A stretch of 64,000 nt of DNA from an uncultured Solirubrobacteraceae bacterium (GTDB lineage Bacteria > Actinomycetota > Thermoleophilia > Solirubrobacterales > Solirubrobacteraceae): the NCBI GenBank assembly GCA_963728465.1, contig CAVSJY010000007.1:25090-89089 (forward strand), read 5' to 3'. The position numbers and the translations under genes are program-made. Positions 19,987 to 29,207 of this stretch are shown here, piece after piece. Within the stretch, counting starts at the first letter, position 1. Every line of letters starts with the position of its first letter. The notes beneath the pieces are model-generated. The model searched no databases and had not been told where the DNA came from. It worked only from the letters and a program-made list of their open reading frames with translations.

Positions 19987-20967
19987 TGCCGCGACCTCCT
20001 CGCGCTCGGCGCCCTCTTCGGCGGGCTCCTCCTCGGCGGCGTGGCCCGTCAACGCGATGAACACGTCGTCGAGCGTCGGGCGCCGGAGGGCGATGTCGGC
20101 GATCGCGATGCCGGCGTCGTCGAGCCGGCGGACCGCCGCCGTGATCGCGCCCTTGCGCTCCCGCAGCGGCACGCGCACCGTGTGGTCGTGCAGCGACGGG
20201 CGCTCGGATGCGAGCTCGGTCAGCGCCGAGATCGCCCGCTCGCAGTCCGCGGCGTCCTCGAGCACGACCTCGAGCCGCTCGCCGCCCACGCGGTCCTTGA
20301 GCTCGTCCGACGTGCCCTCGGCGATCACGCGGCCGTGGTCGATCACGACGATCCGGTCGGCCAGCCGGTCGGCCTCGTCGAGGTACTGCGTGGTGAGCAG
20401 CACGGTCGTGCCCGCCGCGGTGCGCGACTCGATCGTCTCCCACATCGAGATCCGCGCGCGCGGGTCCAGACCCGTGGTGGGCTCGTCGAGGAACAGCACG
20501 GGCGGGCTGCCGACCAGCGCGGCGGCGAGGTCCAGCCGCCGGCGCATGCCGCCCGAGTAGGTCTTGGCGGGCCGCTTCGCCGCCTCCACCAGGTCGAATC
20601 GCTCGAGCAGCTCGTTCGCGCGGGCGCGCGCGTCGGGCTTGCGCATGTGGTACAGCCGGCCGACCATCTCGAGGTTCTCGAACCCGGTGAGGTTCTCGTC
20701 CACCGCCGCGTACTGGCCGGCGAGCCCGATCTTCGCCCGCAGCGCCGCCGCCTCCCGGACGACGTCGTGGCCGGCGATGCGGGCGTGCCCCGCGTCGGGC
20801 TTCAGCAGCGTGGCGAGGATACGCACCGCCGTGGTCTTGCCGGCCCCGTTGGGGCCGAGCAGGCCGAGGACGCTCCCCTGCCGCGCAGCGAAGTCCACGC
20901 CACACAGGGCGCGCACCGAGCCGTACGACTTCTCGAGTCCCTCGACGAAGATCGCATCATCCGTCAT
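19984..20967 (-). CDS. ABC transporter ATP-binding protein (DrrA-like)
   Basis: 327 aa from MTDDAIFVEGL. Walker A is GPNGAGKTT, the signature motif is YSGGMRRRL and Walker B is LFLDEPTTGLD. Confidence 0.9.
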   Translation of the reverse strand: MTDDAIFVEGLEKSYGSVRALCGVDFAARQGSVLGLLGPNGAGKTTAVRILATLLKPDAGHARIAGHDVVREAAALRAKIGLAGQYAAVDENLTGFENLEMVGRLYHMRKPDARARANELLERFDLVEAAKRPAKTYSGGMRRRLDLAAALVGSPPVLFLDEPTTGLDPRARISMWETIESRTAAGTTVLLTTQYLDEADRLADRIVVIDHGRVIAEGTSDELKDRVGGERLEVVLEDAADCERAISALTELASERPSLHDHTVRVPLRERKGAITAAVRRLDDAGIAIADIALRRPTLDDVFIALTGHAAEEEPAEEGAEREEVAA

Positions 20968-21027
20968 GTGACCCGACGCTAGGGGACTGGCAGGCGTCTT
21001 TCGATACGGTTTGGCACACCTTCGGCG

Positions 21028-21975
21028 ATGCAAGTCCTCACGGCCTCCGACGAGCCCCGCATCGCCGCCCTGCTGGAGCGCGACGAGTTCTTCTGGCTCG
21101 ACCTGCACTCGCCCGCCGCGGCGGAGCTGGACCGCGTCGGCGGCATGCTCGGGCTGCACCCGATGGCGATGGAGGACACGCGCGAGTTCGGCCAGCGGCC
21201 GAAGGCCGACGTCTACGAGAGCCACGTCCTCGTCGTCTTCTACACCGCCCAGATCACCGACGGCGACGACGCCGTCGTCCGCCCGATCGAGGTCCACGTG
21301 TACGTCTCCGGCGACTTCGTCCTCACCGTCCGGCGGGACTCGTGCGTGCTGCTCGACCGCCTGCGCGACGAGGTCGTCCCGCAGGACGCCGCCGAGGAGG
21401 AGTACCTCGTCTACCGCATCTTCGACACGCTGACGGACGCCTGGTATCCGGCCATCACGGCGATCGAGAGCCACATCGACGCGCTCGAGGCCGAGGTCCT
21501 CGCCCGCGCGCGCCGCGAGCAGCTGTCGCGCATCTACCGGCTGCGCCAGGAGGTCCGGGAGCACCACCGCCTGATGGGCGACCAGCGCGACCACTTCCGC
21601 CCCGCCTCCGAGGCGATCCGCAACCTCGCCGGCCTGCGCCAGGGCGCGCGCGCGTACCTGCGCGACGTCGGCGACCACCTCGCCCAGATCGCGGGCGAGA
21701 TCCAGCGCCAGTACGACGACCTGCTGGCGCTCGCCCAGACCTACTTCAACGCCAACGCCGACCGCCTGAACGCCGTCGCCACGCGGCTGACCGTGTTCGG
21801 CACGCTGTTCCTGACCTGGACGCTGGTCACCGGCTTCTTCGGCCAGAACTTCGCCTACCTCGTCGACGGCATCGACTCCAAGCGGGACTTCCTGGTCTAC
21901 GGCGTCGGCGGGCTGGTCATCCCGACGGTCGTGCTCGGCGTCGTCTTCTGGCGGAAGCGGCGCGACTGGTTCTAG
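21028..21975 (+). CDS. corA: CorA-family divalent cation transporter (GQN variant of the GMN motif)
   Basis: The 315-aa ORF has the CorA cytoplasmic domain layout and two C-terminal TM helices. The loop motif is FFGQNF (GQN at 21841..21849). Confidence 0.8.
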   Translation: MQVLTASDEPRIAALLERDEFFWLDLHSPAAAELDRVGGMLGLHPMAMEDTREFGQRPKADVYESHVLVVFYTAQITDGDDAVVRPIEVHVYVSGDFVLTVRRDSCVLLDRLRDEVVPQDAAEEEYLVYRIFDTLTDAWYPAITAIESHIDALEAEVLARARREQLSRIYRLRQEVREHHRLMGDQRDHFRPASEAIRNLAGLRQGARAYLRDVGDHLAQIAGEIQRQYDDLLALAQTYFNANADRLNAVATRLTVFGTLFLTWTLVTGFFGQNFAYLVDGIDSKRDFLVYGVGGLVIPTVVLGVVFWRKRRDWF

Positions 21976-21993
21976 GTAGCATCCCGCAACCTA

Positions 21994-22009
21994 TTGACTC
22001 GCCAGTCAA
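21994..22009. promoter_or_regulatory. perfect palindrome TTGACTCGCCAGTCAA upstream of ccr (candidate operator / -35 region)
   Basis: It is seen directly at 21994..22009, 24 nt upstream of the ccr ATG. An RBS-like GAGAGGAAG follows at 22012..22020. Confidence 0.4.
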
Positions 22010-22032
22010 CCGAGAGGAAGTGACGCGCGCCG

Positions 22033-23280
22033 ATGGCCGTTGACGCCAGCCAGGTCTCCCAGCTCGACGCCGCCCCCGGCGAGCTCCCGCCGACGATGGC
22101 CGCGTGGGTCATCCGCCGCGAGCGCGAGGGCAAGCCGATCGACGCGTTCCAGCTCGAGGAGATGGAGACGCCGGAGCCCGGCGCCTTCGAGGTGACGGTA
22201 CGCGTGATGGCGGCGGGCGTGAACTACAACAACGTCTGGGCCGCGCTCGGCAAGCCCGTGTCGGTGTTCGGCTACCACGCGGAGGACCACCACATCGGCG
22301 GCTCGGACGCGTCCGGGATCGTGTGGAAGGTCGGCGAGGGCGTGACGCGGTGGAAGCCGGGCGACGAGGTGATCGTCCACTGCAACCAGGCCTCCTACGA
22401 GGATCCGGAGGTGCACGGCCTCGATCCGCTCGCCGCCCCCTCGCAGAAGATCTGGGGCTACGAGACGACCTGGGGCTCGTTCGCGCAGTTCTGCAAGGTG
22501 CAGGCCCAGCAGCTGATCCCCAAGCCGAAGGCGCTGACCTGGGAGGAGTCCGCCTCGTACGGGCTGACGTACTTCACCGCCTACCGCATGCTCGTCACCC
22601 AGTGCGAGCTCCAGGCCGGCCACCGCGTGCTCGTGTGGGGCGCCGCCGGCGGCCTGGGCGTCTTCGCGCTCCAGCTGTGCAAGCTCGCGGGCGCCGACGC
22701 CATCGGCGTCGTCTCCTCGCCGGAGAAGGGCGAGCTCGTCGAGCAGCTCGGCGGCCGGGCGTACATCGACCGCAACGAGTTCGCCGGCATGATGCGGCGC
22801 GGCGGTGAGACGACGGAGGAGGAGCTCGCCCGCGTGAAGGAGATGAAGCGCTTCACGCGAGCCGTCGCCGAGAAGCTCGGCGACCGCCCGGACATCGTCT
22901 TCGAGCACGTCGGCAAGGCCACGTTCCCGACCAGCGTCTTCTGCGTGAAGCCGTTCGGCTCGGTCGTGATCTGCGCGGGGACCTCCGGCTACCAGCTCGA
23001 CTTCGACGTGCGGCACCTGTGGATGCGCCAGAAGCGCATCGTCGGCTCGCACTTCGCCAACGCCTACGAGTGCACCAAGGCGAACGAGCTGATCGAGCAG
23101 GGCAAGATCCGACCCGTCCTGTGGCGTACCCTGCGGTTCGACGGTGTGGCAGAGGCCCACCAGCTCATGTACAAGAACGAGCACCTCGGCAAGATCGCGA
23201 TCCTGGTCGGTGCGGAAGCCGAGGGGCAGGGCAAGACTGCGGACGGCCCGGGCGCGATCCGGGCGGAGGTGGGAGCCTGA
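22033..23280 (+). CDS. ccr: crotonyl-CoA carboxylase/reductase
   Basis: The 415-aa ORF aligns along its length with Ccr proteins as I recall them (VNYNNVW, IWGYETTWGSFAQF, VLVWGAAGGLG, IVFEHVG, ICAGTSGY, RIVGSHFAN). Confidence 0.85.
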   Translation: MAVDASQVSQLDAAPGELPPTMAAWVIRREREGKPIDAFQLEEMETPEPGAFEVTVRVMAAGVNYNNVWAALGKPVSVFGYHAEDHHIGGSDASGIVWKVGEGVTRWKPGDEVIVHCNQASYEDPEVHGLDPLAAPSQKIWGYETTWGSFAQFCKVQAQQLIPKPKALTWEESASYGLTYFTAYRMLVTQCELQAGHRVLVWGAAGGLGVFALQLCKLAGADAIGVVSSPEKGELVEQLGGRAYIDRNEFAGMMRRGGETTEEELARVKEMKRFTRAVAEKLGDRPDIVFEHVGKATFPTSVFCVKPFGSVVICAGTSGYQLDFDVRHLWMRQKRIVGSHFANAYECTKANELIEQGKIRPVLWRTLRFDGVAEAHQLMYKNEHLGKIAILVGAEAEGQGKTADGPGAIRAEVGA

Positions 23281-23618
23281 TGGCAGGAGTCGTGCAAATC
23301 CCCTGGTACGCCACGGTCTTCCGCGGCGACAAGCTCGAGGCGGCGCTCGACGAGATCGCGCCGCTGGCGCTGCGCTACGGGGCGATCGACTACGCGGTCT
23401 ACCGCTCCCGCGACGACCGCTACAAGTTCGTCCAGACCGCGACGTTCCCGGACCACCTCGACTTCGAGCGCTACTGGTACGGCGAGGAGTTCGGCCAGTG
23501 GCGTGCGGACCGCGCCGGCTGGTACCAGGTGCCGGTGCTCTACGGCTGGTGGGACCGCACGTCGTCCGGCGGGCTCGAGCAGGTGGGCGGCGGCGTGGCG
23601 GAGGGCCACGAGGTCTGA
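23280..23618 (+). CDS. small hypothetical protein (112 aa)
   Basis: MAGVVQIPWYATVFRGDKLEAAL... The ATG overlaps the ccr stop by 1 nt. It is aromatic-rich with normal composition. Confidence 0.55.
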   Translation: MAGVVQIPWYATVFRGDKLEAALDEIAPLALRYGAIDYAVYRSRDDRYKFVQTATFPDHLDFERYWYGEEFGQWRADRAGWYQVPVLYGWWDRTSSGGLEQVGGGVAEGHEV

Positions 23619-25159
23619 CCACCCTGGCCTCCTACGACGAGGTCTTCTCGACGGCCGGCACGGCGCGGCCGCACACCGAGGCGCTGGCCGACGCCCTGGA
23701 CGCGCTCGGGCAGGAGGAGCTCGCGGCCGCCGGGCGCCGGCGCGACGCGATCTTCATGCAGCAGGGCATCACGTTCGACGCCGGCGGGCCGGACGTCGAC
23801 GGGCCGGTGCGCGACCGGCCGTTCCCGCTCGACCTCGTCCCGCGCGTCATCCCCGCCGGCGAGTGGCGCACGATCAAGCGCGGGCTGGCGCAGCGCATCC
23901 GCGCGCTCGACCGCTTCGTCGACGACGTCTACCACGGGCGCGAGATCGTCCACGACGGCGTCGTGCCGTGGGAGCTGATCGTCTCCCGCTCCGCGTTCTC
24001 GCGGCAGGCGCACGGGATCCGCCCGCCCGGCGGCGTCTACTGCCACGTCTCCGGCTGCGACCTCGTGCGCGACGCCGACGGCACCTGGAAGGTGCTCGAG
24101 GACAACGTCCGCACGCCGAGCGGCATCTCGTACGTGCTCGAGAACCGGGTCGCGATGCTGCGGCTGCTGCCGCGGCTGTTCTCCGGCTACCGCGTCCGGC
24201 CGGTCGACCACTACCCGGCGCTGCTGGCCAACGCGCTGCGGCAGGTCGCCCCCACCGAGGGCGAGGAGGAGCCGACGGTGGTCGTCTGGACGCCCGGCCC
24301 GTTCAACTCGGCCTACTTCGAGCACGCGTTCCTGGCCCGGCAGATGGGCGTCGAGCTCGTCGAGGCGTCCGACCTCGTGGTCCGCGACGCCGCCTGCTAC
24401 ATCCGCACCACCGACGGCCTCCAGCGCGTCCACGCGATCTACCGCCGCATCGACGACGACTTCATGGACCCGCTCGAGTTCCGGCCGGACTCGCTGCTCG
24501 GCGTCCCGGGGCTCATGCGCGCCTACCGCGCCGGCACGGTGGCGATCGTCAACGCGGTCGGCACGGGGGTCGCCGACGACAAGGCGATCTACCACTACGT
24601 GCCGGAGATGATCCGCTACTACCTCTCCGAGGAGCCGATCCTCTCCAACGTGCGGACCTACCTGATGGCCGACGCGGACCAGCGCAGGCACGTGCTCGAC
24701 CGGCTGGGCGAGATGGTGGTCAAGCCGACGAGCGAGTCGGGCGGCAAGGGCGTCTTCATCGGGCCGACGGCGACCGACGAGGAGATCGCGCGCCAGGCCG
24801 ACGTCGTCCGGCGCGAGCCGGAGCGCTGGATCGCCCAGGAGCTCGTGCGGCTCTCGACCTGCCCGACGGCGTCGCCGGACGGCTCGCTGGCGCCGCGCCA
24901 CGTCGACCTGCGGCCGTTCGCGGTGTTCGGCGACGACATCCACATCGTGCCGGGCGGGCTCACCCGCGTGGCGCTGCGCGAGGGCTCGATGATCGTCAAC
25001 TCCTCGCAGGGCGGCGGCTCCAAGGACACGTGGGTGCTGGAGGACGACGGCGACGGGACGGGCGACACGTCGACCCGCGCCGCGGTCTGGGCGCGGCCGC
25101 GGATGCCGGACCTGCGCCGCGGCGACTGGACGGACCAGCAGCAGATCCAGCAGCAGTAA
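23615..25159 (+). CDS. circularly permuted ATP-grasp type 2 protein (DUF404/DUF407-like amidoligase)
   Basis: The region from LTTLASYDEVF to the stop at 25159 in ORF 23144..25159 shows family features (ENRVAMLRL, NSAYFEHAFLARQMG, VKPTSESGGKGV). No ATG or GTG lies near the expected N-terminus, and a CTG at 23615 overlaps the previous stop. Confidence 0.8.
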   Translation: MTTLASYDEVFSTAGTARPHTEALADALDALGQEELAAAGRRRDAIFMQQGITFDAGGPDVDGPVRDRPFPLDLVPRVIPAGEWRTIKRGLAQRIRALDRFVDDVYHGREIVHDGVVPWELIVSRSAFSRQAHGIRPPGGVYCHVSGCDLVRDADGTWKVLEDNVRTPSGISYVLENRVAMLRLLPRLFSGYRVRPVDHYPALLANALRQVAPTEGEEEPTVVVWTPGPFNSAYFEHAFLARQMGVELVEASDLVVRDAACYIRTTDGLQRVHAIYRRIDDDFMDPLEFRPDSLLGVPGLMRAYRAGTVAIVNAVGTGVADDKAIYHYVPEMIRYYLSEEPILSNVRTYLMADADQRRHVLDRLGEMVVKPTSESGGKGVFIGPTATDEEIARQADVVRREPERWIAQELVRLSTCPTASPDGSLAPRHVDLRPFAVFGDDIHIVPGGLTRVALREGSMIVNSSQGGGSKDTWVLEDDGDGTGDTSTRAAVWARPRMPDLRRGDWTDQQQIQQQ

Positions 25160-26127
25160 TGCTGGCCCGGATCGCGCACGAGCTGTACTGGATCGGCCGC
25201 TGCCTGTCGCGGGCCGAGCACACGGCGCGGCTGCTCGACGGCGTGTTCCACGCGGACCTCCAGGGACGGCCCGCCGACTCCGGCGAGGCGCGGCTGTCGT
25301 GGGAGGCGACGCTGGCGATCATGGGCGCCGAGGCGGGCGACGGGGCGGCGACGCGCGACGAGGTCGTGTCGCTGCTCACGCTGGACCCGCAGGACCCCGC
25401 CTCGGTGCTGTCGTGCGTGAGCGCGGCGCGCGAGGGCGCGCGGCGCGTGCGCGACGTCTTCTCGGCCGAGATGTGGGAGGCGATCAACACGTTCCACCTC
25501 GGGCTGCTGCGGCGCGACATGTCCGCCGCCCTGCGCTCCGGCCCGTACTCGCTGTACGCGTACGTGCGCGAGCGCTGCGCCCTGTTCTGGGGCGTGACCG
25601 CGCGCACGATGCTGCGCGACGAGGCGCGCGCGTTCCTGGAGGCGGGCGCCGCGATCGAGGCGGGCGACATGGTGCTGCGGATGCTGCGGGTCGCGCTGCC
25701 GGAGGCGGACGTGAGCGCGGACCCGGCGGACGCCGACCCGCGCGACGGGCAGGCGCTCGCGCTGCTCCAGGCGGTCGGCGGCTTCCAGGCGTTCCGGCGC
25801 TCGATCCCCGCGCCGCCGAAGGCCGCGGCCGTCGGCGCGTTCCTGCTGTACGAGCGCGCGTACCCGGACTCCGTGTCGCACTCGGTGGAGGCGCTGCACG
25901 AGGCGCTGAAGGCGGCGGACTCCAGCTACCGGTCCTCGGCGCCGGTGCTGCGGCTGGGGCGGCTGATGGCGGACCTCGACTTCCGCTCGCGCGCGGAGGA
26001 GGGCGCCGGGCCGCTCGCGGAGTCGCTCGCGCCGGTGCAGCGCGAGCTGGCGCTGGTCGACGCCGACATCGCCCAGCGCTACTTCGGCGGCACCGCCGCC
26101 CCCGTTGCCAGACTGGCGACCGCCTGA
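25159..26127 (+). CDS. alpha-E domain protein (DUF403)
   Basis: 322 aa from MLARIAHELYWIGRCLSRAEHTARLLD, the typical alpha-E N-terminus. The ATG overlaps the preceding TAA. Confidence 0.82.
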   Translation: MLARIAHELYWIGRCLSRAEHTARLLDGVFHADLQGRPADSGEARLSWEATLAIMGAEAGDGAATRDEVVSLLTLDPQDPASVLSCVSAAREGARRVRDVFSAEMWEAINTFHLGLLRRDMSAALRSGPYSLYAYVRERCALFWGVTARTMLRDEARAFLEAGAAIEAGDMVLRMLRVALPEADVSADPADADPRDGQALALLQAVGGFQAFRRSIPAPPKAAAVGAFLLYERAYPDSVSHSVEALHEALKAADSSYRSSAPVLRLGRLMADLDFRSRAEEGAGPLAESLAPVQRELALVDADIAQRYFGGTAAPVARLATA

Positions 26128-27000
26128 TGCACTTCGCGATCCGCTACCTGACCGAGTACCGCTACGACGGCCCGGTCACCGACAACCTCAACGCGCTGCG
26201 GGTGAAGCCGGCCACGACGGCCACGCAGCGGGTGGACGACTTCGGCGTGCGCGTGGAGCCGCAGGCGCGGCTGCACCAGCACCTGGACTACTTCGGCACG
26301 ACGGTGATCGAGTTCGGGGTCTCCAAGCCGCACGAGGGGCTGTCGATCGACGTGCGCGCGCGGGTGGCGACGGCACCGCCGCCCGAGCCCCCGCCGGGCT
26401 CGTGGACTGAGGTGGAGGGGCCCGCGTACCGGGCCGCCGGCGGCGAGTTCGTGCTCCCGTCGGTGCCCGAGCCCGACGACCTGCGGATCGACGAGCTGGT
26501 CGGGCTCGTGCGCGCCGACACGCCGCTGGCCGCCCTGGAGCGGGTGGCGAACGTGATCCCGGACCGGTTCGAGTACCGCGCGGGGGTCACCTACGTGGGC
26601 TCGACCGTCGAGGACCTCCTGGAGGCGGGCGCCGGCGTCTGCCAGGACTTCGCGCACCTCGGGCTCGTGCTCCTGCGGCGCAACGGGATCGCGGCGCGCT
26701 ACGTGTCCGGCTACCTGTTCGCGCCGCCCAACGGCGACGAGGGGGCCGACTCCGCCGAGGTCGACACGCACGCCTGGCTGGAGGCGTTGCTGCCGGGCGG
26801 GGACGGGCGCGAGCCGCTGTGGGTGGGCGTCGATCCCACCAACCGCTGCCTGCTCGACCGAGACCTACGTGAAGATCGGCCACGGCCGCCACTACGCGGA
26901 CGTCCCGCCGGTGAAGGGCGTCTACCGCGGAGTCGTGAACGCGAAGCTCGACGCGTCCGTGCGCATGCAGCGGACCGACGTCGCCGGCTTCCGGGCGTAG
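26127..27000 (+). CDS. transglutaminase-like cysteine protease family protein, with an apparent frameshift near 26860
   Basis: MHFAIRYLTEYRY..., with Cys in GVCQDFAH, His in DTHAWLE and Asp in VDPTN. After DPTNR the sequence continues in another frame (TYVKIGHGRHYADVPPVKGVYRG...FRA, stop TAG 26998..27000). Confidence 0.82.
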
Positions 27001-27035
27001 TGGTCACGGACCGGCTGGCCTGGCGGCGGCGCGGG

Positions 27036-27323
27036 TCAGAACTCCTCGAGCGGGGCCATCGTGAGGCCCGCGTCGCGGAGCTGCTCCCAGTAGTGCTCCG
27101 CGACCTCCTTCATGCCGGTCCAGACGATGGCCTGGCCGGTGTTGTGGATCGTGTCCGCGACGGCGTAGCCGTTCGCGAGCGAGATGCCGGGGATGAAGCG
27201 GCTGAGCGTGCGCGCCACGTGATCGAACGTGTTGTGGTCGTCGTTGCGGACGATCACGCGCCAGTTGCCGCCGAGCTGCGAGCCCGGGCCGCTGGTGCGC
27301 GGCTTCTCGATCGTCTGGCTCAT
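27036..27323 (-). CDS. clpS: ATP-dependent Clp protease adaptor ClpS
   Basis: The 95-aa ORF has WRVIVRNDDHNTFDHV and the typical ClpS length. Confidence 0.85.
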   Translation of the reverse strand: MSQTIEKPRTSGPGSQLGGNWRVIVRNDDHNTFDHVARTLSRFIPGISLANGYAVADTIHNTGQAIVWTGMKEVAEHYWEQLRDAGLTMAPLEEF

Positions 27324-27339
27324 GCGGTCAGGGTACCCG

Positions 27340-28181
27340 TCACCGGAGCTTGTCCGACCAGCGTTTGAGCCCCAGGAAGAGGTGGTCGGGCGGCGCGGCC
27401 TGGAGGATCGGCTCGGCGGCCTGGCCCGCGTGCTCGCGGGTGCGGCGCTGGATCCCCTCGATGAACTTCTGCTGGTCGCCGCCGCTCTCGTCGAGCAGCC
27501 CGATCTGCGCGTGCAGCGCCTCGCGCACCGCCGCGAGCTGGGCGGGCGCGTCCTCGGCGCCGCCGAAGTGGGTCAGGCCGAGGCCGGCGGGCTCCCAGCC
27601 CGCGAGCACGTCGAGCGACGCGCTCCCACGCCTCGACGTCGATGTCCGGCGGCGGCGTGGGCGCCAGCGTGAAGCCGTCGGGCGGCACCGCGACGCCGGC
27701 CATGTCGCCGACGAACGCCCAGCCCGAGTCCTCGTGGAAGTAGCAGACGTGGTGGGAGGCGTGGCCGGGCGTGTACTCGACGTGGAACGCGCCGTCCAGC
27801 ACGGTCTCGCCCGCCGCTGAGCACGTGCAGGTTGCCCTCCGGGACCGGCACCACGTCGCCCCACAGGCGCTTCAGCCCCTCCTCGCCGCCGTACAGCCGG
27901 CCGGCGCTGCTCACCAGCTTCGACGGGTCGACCAGGTGCGGCGCGCCGCGCTCGTGCACGTAGACGTCCAGGTCGGGCCAGCGCCGCACGAGCGAACCGG
28001 TCGCGCCCGCGTGGTCGAAGTGGATGTGCGTGAGCAGCAGCGCACGGGGCTGCTCGCCGCCGAGCGCCTCCAGCAGCGTCTCCTCGGTGCTCTGCGGCCC
28101 GGGATCGACCAGCACGCCGTCGACCTCCCAGCAGCAGATCACCTTCTCCCGCCCCATGTGATGAACGTCGATCGCCCGCAT
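27340..28181 (-). CDS. MBL-fold metallo-hydrolase, with two apparent frameshifts (near 27815 and 27622)
   Basis: Three consecutive frames carry MRAIDVHHMG...LLLTHIHFDHAG (HxHxDH), then LDGAFHVEYTPGHASHH, then SLDVLAGWEPAGLGLTHFG... Confidence 0.8.
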
Positions 28182-28205
28182 CGGGCGCGCCACCCTAGCG
28201 AGGCC

Positions 28206-28249
28206 GTGGGCTGCTTTGTGGGGTGCTATGCCCTCGGAAAACCGCCCAC
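28206..28249 (+). repeat. left arm of a 44-bp imperfect inverted repeat
   Basis: GTGGGCTGCTTTGTGGGGTGCTATGCCCTCGGAAAACCGCCCAC matches the reverse complement of 29107..29150 at 39 of 44 positions (hand alignment). Confidence 0.7.
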
Positions 28250-29140
28250 ACCGAGACGGCGCAGGGTGTCGACGACGTGGTCGGGGTCGCGAACGACGTC
28301 CTCGTACGTGAAGCGGACCACGGTCCAGCCGGCGATGGTCAGCGTCGCCGCGCGCCGCCGGTCGCGAGAGAACGCCGCCCGCGTGCCGTGGTAGGCCCAG
28401 CCGTCGGTCTCGACGATCAGCCGCCGCTCCGGCCACGCAGAAGTCGACCTCCATCCCCTCGATGACGACATTGCCCGCGGCGCGGGAGTCCGGCCTCGCG
28501 GCAGAGCTCCAAGAAGCGCATCTCCAGCTCCGACCGCGTGAACTGCACGACCGGCGTGTGGGCGAGCAACGCCCGGCGCAGCCGGCCCGCGCCGCGACGC
28601 CCCGGGATCGGCACGGGCGCCGCGTCCAGGCGCAGGATCTCCGCCTGCTCGAGCAGCCGCTGCAGGATTCGGGGCCGCACGACGTCGGCGAGATCGACGA
28701 GCGTCCGGGCGACGGTCGTCACCGGGATGCCGACAGGACGGTCCGGTCCTCCTCGGGCAGCCGTCGCGGGCGGTGCACGATGATGCCCGGCCGGCCGCTC
28801 AGCGTGCGGGCGCCGCTGACCTCCAGCAGAGCGCGCCACTCCGGCCGCAGCGCCCACAGCGCCGCCGGCCGGCGCGGTGGCTCAGTGCGGCGCCGTCGCC
28901 GCAGGCCAGGACCGCCCCAGCCACGTCCTTCGGCGGTCAGCGCGGGATGCCCGGCGGCGTAGACGCCACGGTGGACCGGGCAGAGCCTGCCGTCGGCAAC
29001 GCGGCGCGCGATGGCATCCGCGCTGACGCCGAGCGCGAGCAGCTGGCGCCGCGCCACGACGCCGTGCTGGCGGCGGCGAGCACGGCGATCACGGCGTCCG
29101 GCGACCGTGGGCGGCTTTCCGAGGGCATGGCACCCCATAG
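28226..29140 (-). pseudogene. DUF559 (Vsr-like endonuclease fold) protein with an AbiEi-like N-terminal region, broken by several frameshifts
   Basis: The pieces lie in three frames. They are [51 protein letters not shown]; [17 protein letters not shown]...TRSELEMRFLELCREAGLP; and ERRLIVETDGWAYHGTRAAFSRDRRRAATLTIAGWTVVRFTYEDV. This is a typical multicopy actinobacterial DUF559 family layout. Confidence 0.75.
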
Positions 29141-29150
29141 AGCCGCCCAC
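29107..29150 (-). repeat. right arm of the 44-bp imperfect inverted repeat
   Basis: It is the reverse complement of 28206..28249 (39 of 44). It contains the first 11 codons of the DUF559 gene. Confidence 0.7.
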
Positions 29151-29207
29151 GCTCGAAGTTCGCCCCCGCCGCGCCGGGTTTGTCGTACCTCGGCCATAAT
29201 CCGGCGC

